Assembly (NCBI GenBank): GCA_965263355.1
Contig: CBDHHL010000049.1
Coordinates: forward strand, 184,059 to 248,058
DNA: 64,000 bases
Reading direction: 5' to 3'
Origin: Leptolyngbyaceae cyanobacterium
GTDB lineage: Bacteria; Cyanobacteriota; Cyanobacteriia; Phormidesmidales; Phormidesmidaceae
Below are positions 58,370 to 64,000 of this stretch, one piece after another; positions within the stretch are counted from its first letter, which is position 1; each line of letters opens with the position of its first letter. The notes beneath the pieces were generated by a model. It was not told the DNA's origin. It did not search any database and was given only the letters and a program-made list of their open reading frames with translations. The position numbers and the translations under genes are program-made.

Positions 58370-61300
58370 CTAAATCCCCTCCAGTGGGCTCCAATCGCCG
58401 GAGAAAATAAACGAGGCCCAATAGTAAGGATGCTGATATTGTCCGCTGTTCATCAACGTAATCTGAGCATTGTGTAAGGCTTCACTGCGGCCCTGACCCG
58501 CTTTAAGGTTCTGATAGTAAAGTTCCATCAGGGCGCTGGTGCCATAGTCGCTTACTTGCCACAGGCTCATTAGCTGACTTTCGGCTCCGGCAGTAACAAA
58601 GGCACGGCGCAGACCGTAGACGCCTTCTCCTGTAGAGACCTGACCGACACCGGTATCACAGGCAGAGAGAACAACGAGCTTGGTACCATAGAGGTTTAGA
58701 CCTGAGGCTTCGAGGGCGGTGAGTACGCCGTCTTCGGTGCCGCTATCGCGTTGGTTAAAGCCTGCCAAAGCGAGGCCGGAACGGAGCAATGGGTTTTCGG
58801 TGTTGCTAGGGGTGGGTTGAATGGGGATGGCATTTTCATTGGAGACGATTTCAATGCTTGCCCTGAGGCCACGATTGTCAGGAGGGACAAAGAATTCGAC
58901 ATCTTCTAGGAAGAAGCCATGGGTGGCGATGTGGAGAATACTGGGAGCATTAAGTTGTTTGAGAGCGTTTTCGGTGGCGTTTGTTTGGGTGAGGACAGTG
59001 ACATTGTCAAGCAGTGGGGCAATCGCCTCAGCTTCTTCAGCAGTGCCAGGAAGCGGATCAAAGTTGTTGAAGTCAGAAATATCAACCGACCGCCGATTCT
59101 CCCCCTCTCCCCCTCTCCCTTTCTCCCCTTCTTCCCCCTGCAATACCTGCGCAATCTGGACAGTCTCTCCGCTGCCAGGATTGTCATAGTCTGGATTCGC
59201 CAGAATAACGGGACCTTGTTGGCTGGGTTGATCGAGCTGGAGCCTGAGCAAATCGCGACCGGAGGTAAGGTAGGTGATTTGGTAGTCTTCTTCGATCAGA
59301 TAGCGGTCGTTTTCGGTAACAAGGGCGGCGAAGGGGATGAGGTTGAGCTGGCTGTCAGGAGAAATGAGTAGGTGTTTGTTGTCACCGAGGAGAGGGCGAA
59401 TGGGGGCCATGATTAGCTCATCGAGCTGACGGGCAATAGTTTTAGTACGGAATGTTTGGGATCTGAGATTAATGCGGAAGTCAGCGACGAGTGCATCAAT
59501 AGGGGCGGCTTCGCCAAGATCCACTGCGCCAATAGATCCATCATCAGCTAGAACGTATGCTGCATAGCGCTCAGTTGGAGGAATATCAAGAGGCTGGTTG
59601 ATGAGGTCATTCGATTGATAGCGTACGAATTCTACTAATGTCGTATTTTCTGGCAAAGTAGCTCGAACGGCTTCGATAGAGATAGGTGGAGTTTCTATGT
59701 AGAGTTCCGAACTACGTTGCGCTAAAGTTTCTGATAATTGATTGAATTTCGCTTCCAACTGTTGCAGTTCAGATAAGAACTGTTTTTCAGATATATCTAA
59801 TGAACGGCTAAATCTTAACTCTGAAACCTCTGATCGAGTTTGATTCAGTTCATCTAACATTTGAAGTTCATCAGCAGAAAATTGTTGCTTCGCCTTCTGG
59901 AAATCACTTGAAACAGAATCTAAAATACGACCTTTACGACGTAAGATAGTAGTCAATGCAAGCTCTAATGACTGCTGATTTTCGGGCGTTCTCTGCATAT
60001 TTACTGCAACGATTGCATTAGCATAGCCTTGAAGAGTGCTGATGTAAGCTTGTTTCTCTGCTTCTGTACCGCTAGATATTAGGGTAGAAAGATTTTCTTC
60101 AAGAATATCTTCACTCTGAGTGAAAAGCTGTAATGCTCTATTAGCATCGCCTTTATTCAAATAGGTTAACCCAACTTTATGTAAAACCTGGCCATATTGA
60201 GGATGTGAGTCAAGATTTCTTGCTTCGAAGATTGAAGTTGCTTTTTGAAATGTAGAGATTGCATCTTCATAATTGCCTTGATCAGCGTAGCTTAAACCAA
60301 GCTGATCAAGTGCCAAGATATAAAAAATCTCTGGCAAAGCAGATAAACCTCCTGATGATCCTTGCAAGAAGACCCCACTCCTTAAATCACTTAAAATCGA
60401 AGAAGAACGTCCCTTTAGTTCTTCTTCAAATAGCATGATGGATTCTAAAAGGAGATCTTCAACCTCACCATCATTGCCATTGCGAGAATAGAGATGACTT
60501 AGGTTCCTTAAAACCATTGCCAGCTCTTCCTTCTGCTGAAAGCCACCATGACTCGACTTATCTTCACGTAGAATCTTGATTGCCTTTAAATACAGATCTT
60601 CTGCGGCCTTTTCTAACTCCTTTTTTTTATCTATGTTGGTCAAGGATTCGATTCGATAGTTTTCTGCCAAACTATTCAGAAAATTTGGCATCTTATTGAT
60701 GTACTTCCTCTCTTTTGAAAGTTCTTCTATCATTGAGTAGGCTTCTTCTAATTTTTCCCGACTACTAACATACTGACCTTGATCTTGAATAGTTACAGCA
60801 AGACTATGAAGGGTATTAGCAACGTCGTATTTTGCTTCATCAGTTGGAGTATCTGAAACAATTCTTCTATAAATCTCTAATGCATTTTTGTACATCAATT
60901 CTGCTTGATCAGGCCTTCCCAAGGCTCGGTAGAGTCGCGCTGCTGACACTAGAGTCCCAGCTGTCTCTTTTGAAAACGGATTTCTTTCTCTTTGGTAAGT
61001 AACAATTCTGTCATTTAGCTCTATGGCTTCATCATACCTGTTTTGTAGTAGATAAGTTTTAGTTAGAAGGGCGACTGAATCTTGAGAACCATCTCCAAAC
61101 TCAGCCTCTGCTTCGATGTTGTAGTTAATCGCTTTTAGAAACCATATTTCTGCACTTTGATAATCAGAAAGATTCTCTTCAAGAAACTTTCCAACATTGC
61201 TAGCAAGACTACTGAGAGTCGTATATTCACTAACTGGCCAATTGCGACTATTAATTATGTCGATAACCTCTTGGAAAGCAGCAACTGAATTTTTGAGGGC

Positions 61301-62248
61301 AGTTTCTTTAGATTCATCCAATGGTGGGAAAAGAAAGTTCATAAAAGCGTACTGACTTAGTTCCCATGCTAAACTTAGAGAATTTTCTGAAAAAGTTCTA
61401 TGATAAATCTCAATATTATTTTGTGTGATTTTTAGTATTTCGTAGGCATCGAATGATACTTCTTCTTCTGAAAATCCTATTAACATTTCATTAAAAGGTC
61501 TGATTTGAGATGTTAAATAAGCTTTTTCCTCTGGTGTAATTTCGACTTCGGCTTGTTGTTGCTGCAAACGAGTGACTAAATCCTGAATTCTTATAGTGTG
61601 CCCATGACATTTGCCTATGATCTCTATATGGTTTTCGAGGCTACGTTTTGCTGCTGACATTGCATCAAACAGATTGCCCCTATCGGCTAATCGAAGGCTA
61701 GCTTGATACCATTCCATACCTTCAAATAGCAAAGGATAATATCTTTCTCCTTGTAGACTGAAAGTATATGAACCAGTTGTATTAGGCTGGTCTGAACCGA
61801 TAAAAACCGTATAGTGACCAGTATATGGTAGTTCAATCTCTATGCGAGAATTGGTACTATTTTCTGAATCATTATTTAGGATAATGAATTCCCCATTTTG
61901 ATCCCATAATTCAAGATAAGTATCAAACTCATCACTTACGAGTTCTAGTGTAATCTGTTCCCCTTCCTCTCCATAAATGGGATATCGATCATAGTAGCTA
62001 CCATCTGCAAAAATACGTTCACTTTGTCTCAGTTCATGTTCTAGTCCAATTATACCGTCTGGGCTATTGTTATTCTCTATCGAGAATGTAGGTAGAACAC
62101 ATTGAATAGTAGTAGTCTCTTCCTCTTGTGCCTGGACAGCAGTAGGTGTAAGTGGCACTAAATCTGTAATGATCAAAGTGCTTGCTATGACAGTTACAGA
62201 GATATAGAGTCGAAAGGGCAAGAACCAATTTGCGGGAGACTTTGACAT
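58370..62248 (-). CDS. Secreted PPC-TPR-CHAT protease
   Basis: Signal peptide, PPC (GEEGEQITLELVSDEFDTYL), divergent TPRs, CHAT HIATHGF, LVVLSACDTG, HPYYWASFIFSGDW. Confidence 0.9.
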   Translation of the reverse strand: MSKSPANWFLPFRLYISVTVIASTLIITDLVPLTPTAVQAQEEETTTIQCVLPTFSIENNNSPDGIIGLEHELRQSERIFADGSYYDRYPIYGEEGEQITLELVSDEFDTYLELWDQNGEFIILNNDSENSTNSRIEIELPYTGHYTVFIGSDQPNTTGSYTFSLQGERYYPLLFEGMEWYQASLRLADRGNLFDAMSAAKRSLENHIEIIGKCHGHTIRIQDLVTRLQQQQAEVEITPEEKAYLTSQIRPFNEMLIGFSEEEVSFDAYEILKITQNNIEIYHRTFSENSLSLAWELSQYAFMNFLFPPLDESKETALKNSVAAFQEVIDIINSRNWPVSEYTTLSSLASNVGKFLEENLSDYQSAEIWFLKAINYNIEAEAEFGDGSQDSVALLTKTYLLQNRYDEAIELNDRIVTYQRERNPFSKETAGTLVSAARLYRALGRPDQAELMYKNALEIYRRIVSDTPTDEAKYDVANTLHSLAVTIQDQGQYVSSREKLEEAYSMIEELSKERKYINKMPNFLNSLAENYRIESLTNIDKKKELEKAAEDLYLKAIKILREDKSSHGGFQQKEELAMVLRNLSHLYSRNGNDGEVEDLLLESIMLFEEELKGRSSSILSDLRSGVFLQGSSGGLSALPEIFYILALDQLGLSYADQGNYEDAISTFQKATSIFEARNLDSHPQYGQVLHKVGLTYLNKGDANRALQLFTQSEDILEENLSTLISSGTEAEKQAYISTLQGYANAIVAVNMQRTPENQQSLELALTTILRRKGRILDSVSSDFQKAKQQFSADELQMLDELNQTRSEVSELRFSRSLDISEKQFLSELQQLEAKFNQLSETLAQRSSELYIETPPISIEAVRATLPENTTLVEFVRYQSNDLINQPLDIPPTERYAAYVLADDGSIGAVDLGEAAPIDALVADFRINLRSQTFRTKTIARQLDELIMAPIRPLLGDNKHLLISPDSQLNLIPFAALVTENDRYLIEEDYQITYLTSGRDLLRLQLDQPSQQGPVILANPDYDNPGSGETVQIAQVLQGEEGEKGRGGEGENRRSVDISDFNNFDPLPGTAEEAEAIAPLLDNVTVLTQTNATENALKQLNAPSILHIATHGFFLEDVEFFVPPDNRGLRASIEIVSNENAIPIQPTPSNTENPLLRSGLALAGFNQRDSGTEDGVLTALEASGLNLYGTKLVVLSACDTGVGQVSTGEGVYGLRRAFVTAGAESQLMSLWQVSDYGTSALMELYYQNLKAGQGRSEALHNAQITLMNSGQYQHPYYWASFIFSGDWSPLEGI

Positions 62249-62295
62249 TCTTGTGAGGACTATAAGAACAAGGAGATAAGAAGACTGTGAAAATT

Positions 62296-63429
62296 CTAAG
62301 CGTCTAGATTAAACTTAAACGTTGGCAGATTCAACGTCTCACCATCTGACAAACCAATCTCCACCGTAAACTGTTCATCTAAATTACCAATGGCCTGAAC
62401 ATATAAATAAGTCGTCGCCGCATCAGGTGTCACCTCACTTTTCGACAACACCGACTCCTCATCACTTACCTGTAGCCCCAACCCAGTAGGCAAAGGCTCA
62501 TCCCCCGCTGGCCCCAGTACCACAAATAGACTCCATTCCTGGCTTTCCGGCAACTCCCATACCAGGCTATAAACCTCACAGGCCACATTACCTATCCTAA
62601 TTTCCTTACAAGCCCCAGTCGCATCCTCGGGCACCTCCACACCCTGCTGCCGTAGCTCTTTCAAAATACCTGTTGTTTTTTCCCGCAGAGGTTCATCCTG
62701 ACCAAAATCCCGAAATCCATAGCTAGGTTCCAAAGACGGTATCAACTGCCACGCCAGCTGTTCTGCCACCGCATCCAATTCACCCCGTAACCATTTTCCA
62801 GTATTAATTACTGTAGTGACTGCCTCATCCAGATAACTGGTAACTGTCTCACCTATCCCAGACCTGACCACCTCAGTTTGCATAATCACCTCCGGATTCA
62901 AACAGTTGAGATACCACAACAGTTTTTCAGGAGATACTGTAAATTCACTTGTAGGTACCACATAGTCCTTAGCCCCATGCTGCCGAAGATACTGCCGTAA
63001 CTGATCATGCCGCAGTCCACTCAATACCCGCACCTGCTCAACTTCCTCATGAACCTCCACCAACACATACAAATGAGCCGCATTCTCTCCCGTTACCACT
63101 GTTGCCGGAATAGCCACCCGATCATCCGTCAGGGTGCCCATGGGCAAAATGCACAGTTGAAAGTCTCCCACCTGGATATTGGCCTCTTTGCCCGGTGCCA
63201 GATTTTGTGGGTAAGTAATAGATAGTGTTGTGTTGCCTTGATTTAACCATTGGTCAAAACCAGCAATGGCTAAAGCTTTCAGAAAACTGTGCCATTGTTC
63301 ATCCGCGTCTGCAATGTGGTGACAGACCCGTTTGGCCCATTGAATAGATTTATTAGTCAGCATAATCGTTTCTGTTGCTACAGGGAAAAAGTCGTTAAAA
63401 AATTGTGCGTGTGACAGTGAGGAACTCAT
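62296..63429 (-). CDS. DUF1822 family protein
   Basis: LAIAGFDQWL, AAHLYVLVEVHEE...V.G, WSLFVVLGP...LPTGLGLQVSDE, YLYVQAIGNLDEQFTV. Confidence 0.8.
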   Translation of the reverse strand: MSSSLSHAQFFNDFFPVATETIMLTNKSIQWAKRVCHHIADADEQWHSFLKALAIAGFDQWLNQGNTTLSITYPQNLAPGKEANIQVGDFQLCILPMGTLTDDRVAIPATVVTGENAAHLYVLVEVHEEVEQVRVLSGLRHDQLRQYLRQHGAKDYVVPTSEFTVSPEKLLWYLNCLNPEVIMQTEVVRSGIGETVTSYLDEAVTTVINTGKWLRGELDAVAEQLAWQLIPSLEPSYGFRDFGQDEPLREKTTGILKELRQQGVEVPEDATGACKEIRIGNVACEVYSLVWELPESQEWSLFVVLGPAGDEPLPTGLGLQVSDEESVLSKSEVTPDAATTYLYVQAIGNLDEQFTVEIGLSDGETLNLPTFKFNLDA

Positions 63430-63471
63430 GGTTAAAGTCTGGCTAAAACAGTGTGAATGGATATAAGGGGC

Positions 63472-64000
63472 CTAGTCAGGTGGCAGGGGTAGAGTGGGCA
63501 CCACAGAACAGATACGCCTGGCAAATACACTGTTTGCGGTACGATTTTTAGGTGTCTGAGCTTCAGAGGCTGCTTCATCCATCACCGCCTTAGTCTCTTC
63601 CGTCAAAATCTGTTCCAGTTGGTCAGCAATGGCATCTAACTCATCGGCAGAAAGATGCTCTAGGACATCAGTCTGGACCTGTTCCTTGAGCTTAGTCAAC
63701 CAGTAAATGCACACCTGAGCACGAAACTTTTTTAAGTCCAGCAGTCGGGTGACCTTTACCTGGTTGGTTAAACCGAGGGTTTTGGCAATCTCCCCCATGG
63801 AGCGACCCTCACAGTGAAATAGCTCCAGCGCTCGACGGTATACATTCCCCTGGGGCGGCTTACGCTTTTGGTAATGAGCCGTATAGCCCTCCACCGTTAC
63901 TTGAATCGCCTCACCCAGGGTATCAAGAAAGTTCTGGCGATACTTTTTTAAGAATGTGCTCTGGGTCTCTTCCGTATCATCAGTAGTAGGGGCCACCGGC
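63472..64000 (-). CDS. Sigma-factor-like/HTH protein, C-terminal part (5' end beyond window)
   Basis: Frame open to the window edge; ALELFHCEGRSMGEIAKTLGLTNQVKVTRLL resembles a sigma region-4 HTH; directly upstream of DUF1822. Confidence 0.6.
   Translation of the reverse strand, partial: PVAPTTDDTEETQSTFLKKYRQNFLDTLGEAIQVTVEGYTAHYQKRKPPQGNVYRRALELFHCEGRSMGEIAKTLGLTNQVKVTRLLDLKKFRAQVCIYWLTKLKEQVQTDVLEHLSADELDAIADQLEQILTEETKAVMDEAASEAQTPKNRTANSVFARRICSVVPTLPLPPD

Larger units (their letters stand above)
1..64000. other. HIP1 (GCGATCGC) octamer enrichment, cyanobacterial genome signature
   Basis: GCGATCGC recurs throughout, e.g. near 1277, 1697, 3077, 3823, 3924, 4128, 4601, 4655, 11561, 13218, 18782. 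Confidence 0.9.

Noticed and set aside
1..64000. Frequent GCGATCGC palindromes as a novel signal
   Set aside because: This is the well-known cyanobacterial HIP1 sequence.

Overview
Accessory region of a cyanobacterial genome, judged from abundant HIP1 GCGATCGC octamers, heptamer STRR repeats, GTAG-type REP palindromes and a PTPA/PEP-CTERM protein. It has three blocks. (1) 1-10.3 kb is a co-directional cluster of nine unannotatable genes whose products share short sequence motifs (NRL..L leader, AY.FDQG..I..GY, YA[ED]AS acidic repeats, F..FD tail) and which ends in a compositionally foreign, Lys-rich gene. This is the best candidate for an undescribed assembly or cargo-delivery system. (2) 11-31 kb is a signalling module: CHASE2 histidine kinase, DUF928 protein, two HTH-receiver regulators and a 2660-aa haemagglutinin-TPR-CHAT fusion. 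Four copies of a promoter carrying phased CCTGACA direct repeats lie in this block, and two of them also share a conserved 56-nt leader element. (3) 31-64 kb is an island dense in CHAT (caspase-like) proteases, with a V8-like serine protease, a CHAT-CHASE2 receptor, a second haemagglutinin-like protein, a sigma-like/DUF1822/CHAT operon, two toxin-antitoxin pairs, an AAA-PD(D/E)XK protein, Uma2 and decayed mobile elements. No rRNA, tRNA or CRISPR array was seen. Several single-base frameshifts may be assembly errors. All domain calls are from motif recognition by eye; no database search was run.
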